Part shown: piece by piece, positions 24,201 to 35,632 of the stretch | How the letters are laid out: each line of letters begins with the position of its first letter | How positions within the stretch are numbered: position 1 is the first letter of the stretch | Assembly: GCA_964035545.1 (NCBI GenBank) | Contig: OZ037767.1 | Coordinates: forward strand, 22,832,628 to 22,896,627 | Source: Bugula neritina | Lineage: Eukaryota > Animalia > Bryozoa | Reading direction: 5' to 3' | Length of the DNA stretch: 64,000 nt | The notes under the pieces: model-generated | Told to the model about the DNA's origin: nothing | What the model saw: the letters and a program-made list of their open reading frames with translations, nothing else | The model's database searches: none | Made by a program: the position numbers and the translations under genes

Positions 24201-27174
24201 ATGCAGGTTGACACATTGACACAGAAGTGATGGGAGACTTACCTGTATGCCACACGTACTGCACCCATACATAGCTGCTAGCTGCAAAGAATAACCACTG
24301 GACAGGTATCAGGATGTAACAGAGGACGTCAGTTCCTATGGCCGCAATCAGGAACAGCATAGTTAACAGCTGCAAATAACATACAATATAGCCTTTGTAC
24401 CTCAACATTGGCTCACAGCTGTTCACAGGATATAAAAGTGATAAAATGACTTAAAATTAAATTTCAATAATAAAAAGAATCTCCAGTTGCCCAGGTAAAG
24501 TTCTTATTCTTAGATACTACTCGACTTAAATTCAAAATTTTAGCTCATAAATTAAGACTGTTGGGGCTAATGCAGATAGAAGTATCAGTTTGCATTAGCG
24601 AACGTCAATATGAAAGATGTGTCAAAAATCAGGAAATGCGTTTACGATTCAGATAGAGGTAATAGGGTAATCCATCTACGAGCTTCCTATTTTCCAGTCA
24701 GTGACTGCCAACGTTACAGAAAGTAATACAGATAAATCCTATGTGCAGTATAACTGCTCTCCAAGATATCATCAATCAAATCCTTCAACTGTTTGACAGG
24801 AGTTTATAGCCACTTTCAGCTGGCGTCAAGCCTATGCAGTGCTGGCCAGCTCTCCATAAAGAAGTAGACCAAATTTTAGCAATATCTGCTAACTGATTGG
24901 GTTGTCATAACTCGGCACGTTTGAGAAAAATCAGTTTTTATTTTGAAAAACCTTAATATTTCAATTAATTTTCAAGCATTAAACAAACCACAAATCTTTC
25001 AACTGCTTTGCTTTCAAATTTATAGTTTATTCTGCATAATCCTATTGTATTGGTCAGACACTGCAGCTGTGAATGATATAAGGTTAATGTAATAACTATA
25101 CCTGCACTTGTATTTACATAGCATTTATTAGAATATAGTCTGCAAGCTACTTATAATTAACAGCTACTTACAAATCCCTGGTATTTATATGAATCTTGAA
25201 CGGATCGAAGTAGCAGCCACACCGGATACAAGTATTCAAACCGAAATTCCAATATAAAGTCAGCCAGCAGTACCAGAATCCAGATCGTGAGAAATTTTAA
25301 ACAAGCTAGAATACTAAAAATAAAACAAAACAAAACTAAGCCATGTGGTAATTGTGCTATATGTTCCTTCCCTCAACTAAAATCACTGCAGAACTTTGTT
25401 GAACTATTTTTATTTTAGCAATAGCAAAATGACATTTTTTAAAAATTTGTCAACTATTATTACTTATGAACTCCTATTTGAGAAAATTGCCCACAATTGT
25501 TTACAATATGGCAATTTAAAAGCACTGCAAGCCACTAATTTCCGTTAATATTAGACTATTAGGATTATTATAAAAACCAATCAAACAAAGTACAGTTTAT
25601 TTCAACTATTTGAGGCAGTTTATGAAAGCTGGCAGAGAGTTTATGACCACTTTCAGCCATTATTTAGAGTAACAGGAAGCAGATTATCTACAGCACCAAT
25701 CAATTTCACCCATTCTAAGTCTCCAGTTACACTCATTACTGTAAATTAAACTAAAACACCTCCCCCCTACTAATAATATGATCAACCATAGTTAAATTTC
25801 CATTTGCCTTTCGTCAAACCTGCAAGTACTTAAAATGATATTTATTGGTAACAATGTGAGCGTGTGTAAGACCAAAGTAAAACTTAAATTAGGAGTAAGT
25901 CAACATACCTTAGGCTTAATATTTACTATTTAGTCAGTTAAAAACAACTGAAAGAGTGACTGAAATTAAGTGCAAGTACCAGACTGCTTCGTGAAAATAT
26001 TGATAGAGATCACTACTGATTAGTACCGTTACCATAACAACTTTTAACAGTATCACAATGGCATAGTAGATCTAGAGCACTGTTACTTTAATTTCAGCAG
26101 TTGCTGATGGTTTTACTTTAGGTCCAACTATTACCATTGATTGTAGTGGTATCATTTTACAGATTTATAAACGCTAACAAGTTACTAATTGGATTTATTA
26201 TTTATTAAATACAAAAATATAATTATTATATTTGTCATGTTAACAGATAGCCTACTCTAAACCCATTTTAGCACAATGATATTATCATTTTAAAAATGGA
26301 TGATTGATGTTTATATCTATGACTATAACTACATTATTGACAGAATTATAATGCTAATTATCATAATACATTTGTTGTCATACTTAGCAACTCTTAGCCA
26401 TTAGTTTTGGTAATTAATAAGTACTATTTATTAGCCTTGCTTTGAAGTTTAGGCAGTGAAAATAAAATAGTAATACCACATTATGTAGTATACTGTATAT
26501 GTAGTATATACAAGTATTTGGACTAGTCTATCAACTTGGAGAAATGCTCACTTTAGATTTTAGTATATAATTTAGAATGAGAATCAGAATGACAGCCACA
26601 ATGAGTCTATGAGGATCAAACTTTGAATGAGGCTTAGAGTTAGTATTAGTATTAGTATATTAAAAAGAAATTGAAAGTTCTATTTACACAACTGATTACT
26701 TTGGCTTCAACTTTATAAGTTTAGAACTCAATATTTATTTTTATACTTTTAATTATAATTTTAGTTGTTCACTCTTCAGTCAAGTTTAGGTTAAATTCAT
26801 TATATTTAATCTCAAAGCTAATGATTTATAGTACTAATAATAATTTAATAATATCAAAGACAAAAGTAGTATAATTATTATTTAAGTTATGACAAGCCTA
26901 ACATTTACTTTTACTAGTACATAATAAAACTATAAGTAAACTTAAGTATAACTATTACTATAACATAAACTTGAAGCTAAACATAACACTAGCAGTAAAT
27001 TTATTATTTATCATTATATTAACTTCAAGTGAGTCAACAATTGAAGTTTTAAACAATTGCAAATTGAAATTATACTGAAATAGTATACCTGCTGTAACTA
27101 TAAACGCGTTCAGAAATCTTTTTTGATTTCATAGGACGCCGAAGTTTTCCAGATTCGACATTCCGCCTCTTCAT
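12202..27174 (-). CDS. MACO1: Macoilin (TMEM57), complete, 15 coding exons, ~716 aa
   Basis: Exons 27174-27089, 25313-25172, 24369-24243, 18575-18446, 18032-17966, 17487-17349, 17038-16875, 16286-15964, 15644-15483, 14901-14719, 14495-14351, 14038-13879, 13002-12901, 12555-12423, 12289-12202 (TAA); phases close (2151 nt). Diagnostic motifs MKRRNVESGKLRRP, LLADFILEFRFEYL, IPVQWLFFAASSYVWVQYVWHT, DLCRPFAAHCIGYPVVTLG, RLESDVKRLKADLQSSR, AARAVALA. The last two exons are less conserved. Confidence 0.95.
12822..12926 (-). repeat. Triplicated exon end + donor (CATGTATACAGACCACCCTGTTG|GTAAGT), 36-37-nt unit
   Basis: Three copies, with exon ends at 12901, 12864 and 12828. Confidence 0.9.
14084..14251. 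mobile_element. Small CACTA/EnSpm-like non-autonomous element (MITE) in MACO1 intron
   Basis: TIRs CACTGCATTTCCATTGCTTT / AAAGCAATGGGAATGTAGTG, an internal second TIR-like copy ending at 14226, flanked by an ATA duplication. Confidence 0.6.
14551..14718 (-). repeat. Minisatellite, 21-nt unit GTGAGTTAGTAGTGCTGGCAG x8, starting exactly at a MACO1 donor
   Basis: 168 nt = 8x21; seven of eight units begin GT and all end CAG. Confidence 0.93.
14925..15152. repeat. Minisatellite, 36-nt unit (atacagagcaggtgctgtaggtacttgtcaagttat) x~6
   Basis: Direct inspection; explains the TSTYSTCSVYNL repeats in the ORF track. Confidence 0.92.
15266..15511 (-). repeat. Minisatellite, 43-nt unit copying the last 29 nt of a MACO1 exon plus its donor; five extra copies
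   Basis: Unit CAGCAAGATAACGATAGTCTGCAGAACAA|GTAGGTTATATCTG; period exactly 43. Confidence 0.93.
17057..17335. repeat. AT-rich degenerate ~30-nt tandem repeat filling a MACO1 intron
   Basis: Repeats of atatattacaaatatacgtatagttatatg. Confidence 0.8.
18131..18419. repeat. Minisatellite, 17-nt unit (actgaagtagtgcatay) x~17
   Basis: Direct inspection; source of three spurious overlapping ORFs. Confidence 0.95.
18578..19823. repeat. Minisatellite, 29-nt unit (agttagtagtataatacacactactgtat) x~43
   Basis: Direct inspection; the sense-strand unit contains TACTAAC followed by CAGTAG; the terminal unit forms the acceptor of exon 18575-18446. Confidence 0.96.
20224..20519. mobile_element. PIF/Harbinger-like MITE in MACO1 intron
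   Basis: Imperfect TIRs AACCCCTCGTTCACACTTTGCC / GGCTAAGTGTGAATGAGGGATT; the termini resemble Harbinger-type non-autonomous elements. Confidence 0.55.
21073..21165. repeat. 34-nt tandem repeat x~2.7
   Basis: catgttctctcctagcatggcacctctttgacac repeated. Confidence 0.8.
24017..24101. repeat. 18-nt tandem repeat (atagactgagtaccagtg) x~5
   Basis: Direct inspection. Confidence 0.88.
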
Positions 27175-27738
27175 TCTAACATAACACACCCAAAGTATAA
27201 TTTTTTTTATGATTTGTAGGCATTCACACCAAAGTTAAGTATTTCGATTTGGCTGCTAAGCTATAGGCATATACAGAATTTTAGATTACTAAGAGTATTG
27301 TCGCTTTTGCGCAGTGATACTTCCGTCTAGCCACAGACCATAAAATATACAGTGCGGCCAACTCAATAAGCTTTGCTTAATCGAGGATGCAAAATATTAT
27401 ACGATACTCTATTGTTATTTTTAACCATAATCGTCACAGTTTTAGAACTATAGCTACTTTTGGTTTAAAACAAAATATTGAATCATATTGCTTAAAATTG
27501 AATGTTTCATTAAAGTTGGCTTCAGAAGTACCAGAGTTTTTGCTGTATTTTTGAAGGTTTGCGGAAATGTGCCTTTTAACTAATGCGTTTAGAGGGGCTT
27601 GTCGCCCCTACCCGATTGTTGATTTTGGCCTAACCATTCGCTCTCGGAAATTCCCGTTACAAGCATTTTTCTAGTTTTTTCTTTATCATTCATTTTGATT
27701 TTATTTCTAACTTGAACGAATTTAAAACTATCACCGCC
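27175..27738. promoter_or_regulatory. Bidirectional promoter shared by MACO1 and CCT8
   Basis: Divergent ATGs 564 bp apart; locally CpG-enriched, with ETS-type ACTTCCG/CGGAA motifs and CGATTG/TTGGC boxes; CCT8 ATG in ACCGCCATGG Kozak context. Confidence 0.75.
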
Positions 27739-30700
27739 ATGGCTATGCACATACCAAGAGCACCTGGGTTTTCTCAGATGATTAAAGATGGAGCAAAAGT
27801 AAGAATTTATAAATATAGTGATAACATCAACTTGAGACGACGAGGGCTCAAGCAGAGTAACTGTTAGTGTTACTGACTTACTCTTAGACGCAGACTGACT
27901 TACAATTACATTTGCTGACTTACAGTTAGTGTTACTCACTCTCAGTCGTTTAAATGCAGATCTAGCTTTAATTGAAATTCATGAAATAACTATATTATTT
28001 TAGATTTTTCTAGTCTTAAATGTTATTAAAATGTCAACGTGAAAATAATAATAATAATAATTATTAAATATTATTATTTATATTCGTATTGATATTGTAA
28101 TCATTTTTATTTTAGACATCATAATCATTCATTTATGAAAGTGCAGTAAAAATAATATTAGTATTACTATTGCCATTGGGCTTGGTATTACATTTACTAA
28201 TACTAATAGTGATAGTTATAGTAATACTATCACTATGTAGAGTACAGCTCAAATTGCGTAGTTTTTTTCCTTAAGCTTAGCATTAAATTTATATAGGAAT
28301 AATGTATTGTTTTATAATACATGTATGATGTATGCATGTAAATTTTGAAGATGTCTTTGCTGCTAACAATAACATCTCTATAATAAAATTGAAAGACTAA
28401 ACAAAAATGATAAAACTTATACAGTCTATGACAAGAATGAAATTTTAGACAACAACTAAGAACATGCTTTGTATTTCAGCATTTCTCTGGTTTGGACGAG
28501 GCTGTGTATAGAAATATAGAAGCCTGTAAGGAGCTAGCCAAAACGCTCAAGTCGGCATACGGTCCTCATGGGCAAAATAAAATGGTCATCAATCATCTTG
28601 AGAAGCTGTTTGTCACCAATGATGCTGCAACTGTGTTGAGGGAGCTGGAGGTAAGTAAATTACTACATGGTGTATCTCCCAGCACATTATGTGCCTTTGA
28701 ATTTTTATTCATAAGTTATTCTTCGCACTCGATATATGTTTATGCTTAAACTCCTCACTTACCTAGCTGGATAAATCACTTGTGGAAAATAAATCCTTAG
28801 CTGTATGTGTTAAGGATTTATCTACCAAACTCTTGGTAAGTTTTTATGTCTCTGGTTGCTTTCTCAGGTTCAGCACCCTGCAGCTAAAATGATTGTCATG
28901 GCGTCTCAGCAACAGGAACAGGAAGCTGGTGACGGAACAAACTTTGTCATAGCATTCGCCGGTGCGCTGTGTGAACAGGCTGAGGAGTTGTTGCGAATGG
29001 TAAGTAGTTTGGGTTCTAGTGTTGGTCATTTGGCTATGTTGGGGGCTTTTAGTACCCGCCTCCTTATCTAACCAGCCTTCATTTCAAAACCTAATACTCA
29101 TTTCCAATAATGTATTGTACTCGAATACTGTCCACTTTACAACTATGAGTGGCTGTAATATACGCAAGAACTCCTCTCAAATGTTTTTCTGGTCTTCTGT
29201 TGGTCAGGGAGTCTCGGTGTCGGAGGTTATTTCAGGGTATGAGCAAGCCACAAAGAAAGCTTTAGAGATTTTACCAAGTAAGTTCTGTAACCTATTATGT
29301 AGGGCTGGCACGGTTAGAATAACCTATTCTGTAGGGCTGGCACGGTTAGAATAACCTATTCTGTAGGGCTGGCACGGTTAAAATAACCTATTCTGTAGAG
29401 CTGGCACGGTTAGAATAGCAAGTTGGCGTTTTAGAGTGTTTGAGATCATTTTAGTTTACATGAAATTCAATTGAGTGTGGGATTTGGGAGCTTCTTGAAT
29501 AAGTCATATTTAATCATTTTCATGCGAATTAAGTTTTTCATCTGTCACTATATTTTTGCTAAACTGCAGGAGTGGATTGAAGTACGCAACAGATATTAAT
29601 TGCTGTTTTTCTCTGTAGATGTCCTCTACACCACTCGCTTGTCACTAATTTGTAAATTATTAAACTATCGCAACATTCATCGAGTCATGGCCATAGTGTT
29701 TGAGTGGCAGAGAAACTGAATGTGTAGGGAATAATGTGATGTCCGTACTGAAACAAGCTCTTATTGAACTGTTTCACTTGAAGTACACGGTCAAATAATT
29801 GAAGTAATGGCTGCCAAAGTGGTCTAGCAATACATACATGATATACCAGCAATGCAGCATGATAGGCAGCACTTTACTAGCTTTTGATGCATTTGTCAGC
29901 GCTGGAGTGTGGCCGTGTGAAAGATCTGAAAGACAGGGACAGTGTGGCAGCTTCTATCAAAACTGCTGTCATGAGTAAGCAGTATGGACACGAGGACTTT
30001 CTCTCTAAACTCATATGTGATGCCTGTCTCAACATCATGCCTGATCACCAGAAGTCTTTCAATGTTGACAAGATTAGAATCTGCAAGATTATGGTTTGTG
30101 CCATTTTTATTCTCATCTCTATATAATATAGTTTATACTGTGACTGTGATATGTACTGTCACTGTGGTATGTACTGTCACTGTGGTATGTACTGTCACTG
30201 TGGTATGTGATATCACTGTGGTGTGTACTGTCACGTAGATTTGTGCTGTGACATAGTATATGCTGTGACTTGTGTGGAATGTGACAATGAGTGTTATAAA
30301 ATGCCATCTTCGCTGTACAGGGGTCTGGCATAACTTCATCTAGTATAGTGAAAGGCATGGTGTTCAAGAGAATGGTAGAGGGAGAAGTAAACAAGGCGGA
30401 GAATGCCAAGATAGCTGTTTACTCTTGCCCACTGGATGTAACTCAAACTGAGACCAAGGTACTCGATGCTGCTTTACTTTACACACTCTATACTAAACAT
30501 TACTATAGATATAGAAATATGTGCATGTTTTGGAATTGTCTGCCCTTGAGCACATGCTGGTGGTTTACTTACAATGTGTAAGCAGGTAGTGCATGAATAT
30601 GTGTTGATAGCAAACTGCATGTACAGCAAGGATTGGTTAGCTATAAGAATGTCAATATGATTCACAGTGATGGAGGAGATGCGCCTGCGTTTAAAGTTCC

Positions 30701-33700
30701 GTATTCAATTGAATATTTATGTGTTTGTGTTTAGGGAACTGTTTTAATAAAGACAGCCCAAGAGTTGAAGGACTTCAGTTCAGGAGAAGAGAGTATGGTG
30801 GAGTCGGTAAGTACTTTGTAGCCTCTGTTCTCTGCATAATATAATATAGCTGTATGCTGCAGTCACACAGTTAAAGTGCTGAAACAATCATGTCAGATTG
30901 TCATAATGCCCAGAGTCAAGCACTTAGCCGTCTATGCGCTGAAGTCACATGGTTCTGCCTCCTAATGAACTGAATATTTGTTAACTGCTGGTGAAATTAT
31001 TATTAATTTTTTCATCAAGTCTAACAGTATTTCTTAGATTTTATGCTATTCATTCTTCAACTGTTCACTCTCTGGATTGAGTTAGTTTTATGAAGTCAGT
31101 TGATAAGAATATTTGTATTACAGCAAATCAAAGCCATAGCGGATACCGGGTGTAAACTTATTGTAACTGGTGGTAAGGTCGGCGAGCTGGCTCTACACTA
31201 CTGCAACAAGTACAACCTGATGGTGCTTAGGCTATTGTCAAAGTTTGACGTGCGTAGACTTTGTCAGACTGTGGGGGCCACAGCCCTTCCCCGCATTGTA
31301 AGTAATAACGCACTGCCTTGTCCATTATAAATTATTTCCAGCAAGTTTGCTGTTGTGTTTAAGAAGTAATGCTCTCCTGGAGGTTTATGTGTCACGGACA
31401 GATAACTCCGGAAAAGTATAGCTTGGCCTCTGCCTACATTTTCTTTGGTTATTTAATATCATCTACAAACTATTAAAGACGGTTTATGCAACTCATTACA
31501 TTATATGATAAACAGTTCCTAACAAAATTGCAGCATTATCATAGTCTTAAGAAAATACTTTATCCCTCCTTACCCAATGTGTGTAGGATTATATTATATG
31601 AATTGTACTGAATGATGAATATTCAATGCAAAGTTACAATTCTTGCAACTCTAAGCTGTATTTTGTTTTGATTTTGTGTCTGTGAAGCATCATTTCTTCA
31701 TCCAAACTGTATTGTGGTCATTCGGAATTATATATCAATATTGCTATTCTATATTATACTATAAACTATTTGTCTACTATCTCCTTTAACTCATGCTGTA
31801 TATCTGTATACTATAAAGTATCAACTGTAAATCTACTAATGATATATTATATCTGTTCTATCTACTCTATCTTGTAGACACCACCAACAGCTGAAGAGGC
31901 TGGTTACGTTGACCATGCCTATGCTGATGAAATCGGTGAACAAGCCGTGGTGATTCTACGACAAGGTAAGTGAAATGTACAGGTGAGCTACTAGTGTACA
32001 GGTGAGCTACTAGTATACAGGTGAGCTACTAGTATACAGGTGAGCTACTAGTATACAGGTGAGTTACTAGTGTACAGGTGAGCTACTAGTGTACAGGTGA
32101 GTTACTAGTATACAGGTGAGTTACTAGTGTACAGGTGAGCTACTAGTGTACAGGTGAGTTACTAGTATACAGGTGAGTTACTAGTATACAGGTAAGTTAC
32201 TAGTATGCAGGTGAGCTGCTAGTATACAGGGAGCTACTAATATACAGGTGAGCTACTAGTATACAGGTGAGCTACTAGTATACAGGTGAGCTACTAATAT
32301 ACAGGTGAGCTACTAGTGTACAAGTAAGTTACTATTGTGCTCTACTGCCACCATTGCAGAGAAAGAAGACTCCCAGCTGGCCACCATTGTAATCAGGGGA
32401 TCTACTGACAACCTAATGGATGACATTGAGAGAGCTGTAGACGATGGAGTCAACACATTCAAGGCTCTCACCAAGGACAATCGACTCGTGGCTGGCGCTG
32501 GAGCCGCTGAAATAGAGCTTGCAAAGCAGATATCATCGTATGGTGAGGTAGGGCAACTCCTCAACTCTTCTGCTATTGCACCTACATTACACTGCAGTGT
32601 ACCTACATTACACTACAGTGTACCTACATTACACTGCAGTGTACCTACATTACACTACAGTGTACCTACATTACACTGCAGTGTACCTACATTACACTAC
32701 AGTGTACCTACATTACACTACAGTGTACCTACATTACACTGCAGTGTACCTACATTACACTACAGTGTACCTACATTACACTACAGTGTACCTACATTAC
32801 ACTACAGTGTACCTACATTACACTACAGTATAACTACATTACACTACAGTGTACCTACATTACACTACAGTGTACCTACATTACACTACAGTGTACCTAC
32901 ATTATACTACATTATACCTACATTATACTACATTATACCTACATTATATTACAGTGTACTACATTGTATTGCAGTGTACCTACATTACACTATATATGTA
33001 TTTTCTGTCTATTCAATAAGCCCTCGTCAAATATGAAACAACAATTTTATTCTGGGCATTAAATACTCAAACTGAGAGCTCAGCAAAAATTTTCTCCAAT
33101 GCATTTTTGAACAAATTGCTTCCTTTTTATAATTTCATTTTTTAACTTAAACAAATAATTTTAGTTACGTTCTATACTGTGGCCACATGGCTTTTATGTA
33201 CATTATATAATTCGTTATGTTCTTCAGACTTGCCCCGGCCTGGAACAGTATGCTATACAGAAGTTTGCGCAGGCCCTCGAGACAATGCCCAAGATCTTAG
33301 CTGAGAACACGGGGGTCAAGGCCACGGAGGTTCTCTCTCAGCTGTATGCGGCTCACCAAGACGGCCAGAAGAATGTCGGTGTGGATGTGGAGGTGAGTAG
33401 AGTCGGTGGTTGTCTCTCAGGTTGTCTCTCAGGTGCTCGGTGTATGCTGCTGTTAGTCATCGGATCGGCAAGTTTGTTGACGATATGAGGGAGGGGATGA
33501 CTTTGTGTGGGTTCAGTTGCCATTGCTTAGACCAGCTATATCTCAGTGTGTTTGGAGTCATCTTCTATACCAAAAGCCAAGAGTGCTAAAGAATTTAAAC
33601 CTTAAAATTTTCAGTAAAACACCTTTGCTTGCTGCTACCTGTTGCAATAAAAAGGCAATATTTTAGAAGAACTTTTTTTGTAAAATATTGGCTTATTGTC

Positions 33701-35632
33701 ACAGTTTGAGTTAACCGGTAATCAATCAGTGTTTTACACCCAACTTGTTAGTCATTTAAGGGAAGCACTACTTTGAGACCTTCTCAAGTCATTGCTCTGA
33801 GCTCAGCATGGAATACTTACGTTTCATGTTGACTTACACTGTGCGAGTGTTTGGTAAGCTGATACCCTCAGCTGATCCTAGCTCTCAGCACTACCACAAG
33901 TGAGGCAGAGGGAACCTTACTGTAGCTTCTTCTTGAAAGAAATTGAATTCTTTGATGACAGAAATTTAAACATATTCATTTCTAAGGTGTTGGCGTATCA
34001 TTTGGGTATCAGGTGTCAGGTTCAAGCATTCTTTGTTGTAATTGTTATTTGTAAAGCCTATCAGAGCACACTAGTGCTCCTATAAATCTGGTATATTAAT
34101 AGCATTGATACACGCTGTATATATTTACATGTCTCAGGAATATACAGTATTTATACTATGCATGGTTCTATTAATTTATATTCAACTCTGGTTGGCCAAT
34201 AGGAACGAAGTATAGCTTAATCGTCAGATTTTCATTATTGGCGTAATGCCAAAGTCAGAGATGAGTTGGATATTTTTTCAAAGAAGCCCAGCCAATATTT
34301 AGCTCACCATACTGGCATGTTGAATGGAAGAGGTGTGGTAAATATGTGTGATGCAAGGATTTGTGGGGAGGGAAGGAGGGAAGGGTTATAAGATAATAGT
34401 GATTGTTTGTATTATAACCTGTGATATGGGCAGGGTCCAAGAATATGGTTTCATATATAACATAAATAAAGTTAATGCAACGGATGTCTAGGATTTCATA
34501 ATATGTCACTCATGCAAAGTGCTTTAAAGTTCTTATTTCAAATTACTGTGAAATAAATCTGGTTTTACTCATGGTAGTTCACCAACTCTGCTCTCTCTAG
34601 CTTTCTTCTGAGTAGGATAAAAAAACACTGTCTCCTTTTGATTCATGGTTAATAACGCTTAATTTTCAAGAAGATTTATAGATTTTTTGCTTATTTGATA
34701 AACTTTTTTGCTATTACTAGGCTTAGAGAAAATTTTAAACTTTGTACCACCAGTCTACCAGCATGTATTTAATGTTAAATATCTGCAATTGTTCTCCCAA
34801 ACGTCACACAGTTATTTTATAAATACCAGTTTCTTTGCTGATTTTCTTAATTGTAATACTTTGTTTGAGTGTTGAAATATTGCTACAAAAACATCAGATA
34901 ATTTGTCTCATTGTCCAAAGTTTTGTGGCACTATACTTTCATGTAATCTTTGCTGACAATTAAGATAGATATGCTGCCGTTATTTGCTGCTGTCTCCTCA
35001 CTTGATCACTTGGCTGTTACAGGCTGAAGGACCTGCTGTCTGTGATGCTGTCAAAGCTGGACTCCTGGATCTCTATCTCACCAAATTCTGGGCCATCAAG
35101 TTTGCGTCCCAAGCTGCCACCACAGTCCTCAAAGTTGATCAGGTAAATATTCACTCCTCCAGTTGATGGTGTTCCATTCAGTACACGGTTATAGAATAGT
35201 ACTATTACATGCTATATCTCAGTCAGTACACAGTTATAGAGCATTACTATTACATACTATATCTCAGTCAGTACACAGTTATAGAGCAGTACTATTACAT
35301 GCTATATCTCAGTCAGTACACAGTTATAGGGCATTACTATTACATGCTATATCTCAGTCAGTACACAGTTATAGAGTAGTACTATTACATGCTATATCTC
35401 AGTCAGTACACAGTTATAGAGTAGTACTATTACATGTCTTGCTACACTTATGTACAACTGTATCCAAGACTGCAGATTTGTAAAACTGGTAGTTGTCTTT
35501 TCTTGTATACTAATCTACATATATGCATGTTGTGGTTATGCCTCTGTGTGTATTTACTTATAGATTATAATGGCCAAGGCAGCTGGTGGCCCGAAGCCCC
35601 GAGAAAATAAGGACTGGGATGAGGATGATTAG
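27739..35632 (+). CDS. CCT8: T-complex protein 1 subunit theta (chaperonin CCT/TRiC), complete, 546 aa
   Basis: Exons 27739-27798, 28480-28650, 28868-28999, 29208-29277, 29900-30093, 30321-30458, 30735-30806, 31124-31297, 31878-31965, 32360-32547, 33228-33392, 35023-35142, 35564-35632 (TAG); total 1641 nt. Theta-specific N-terminus MAMHIPRAPGFSQMIKDGAKHFSGLDEAVYRNI, KLFVTNDAAT, GDGTNFV, RGSTDNLMDDIERAVDDG, and C-terminus DQIIMAKAAGGPKP...DWDEDD. Confidence 0.98.
29290..29416. repeat. 32-nt tandem repeat (aacctattctgtagggctggcacggttagaat) x4
   Basis: Begins ~12 nt after the CCT8 exon 4 donor. Confidence 0.92.
30137..30234. repeat. 18-nt tandem repeat (ctgtcactgtggtatgta) x~5
   Basis: CCT8 intron 5. 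Confidence 0.88.
31977..32333 (+). repeat. Minisatellite, 19-nt unit GTGAGYTACTAGTRTACAG x~18
   Basis: Fills CCT8 intron 9; most unit junctions read CAG|GTGAG. Confidence 0.95.
32580..32992. repeat. Minisatellite, 21-nt unit (acctacattacactacagtgt) x~19
   Basis: CCT8 intron 10; source of the spurious PTLHYSV ORF extension. Confidence 0.95.
35177..35436. repeat. Minisatellite, 45-nt unit x~6
   Basis: cagtcagtacacagttatagagcagtactattacatgctatatct in CCT8 intron 12. Confidence 0.93.

Noticed and set aside
32548-33036. (PTLHYSV)n extension of the CCT8 ORF and the 32576-32833 ORF
   Set aside because: Read-through past the GAG|GTAGGG donor into a 21-nt repeat; the conserved CCT8 sequence resumes at 33228.
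33798-33836. Pre-miRNA-like hairpin in CCT8 intron 11
   Set aside because: Stem only ~17 bp and no recognisable mature miRNA.
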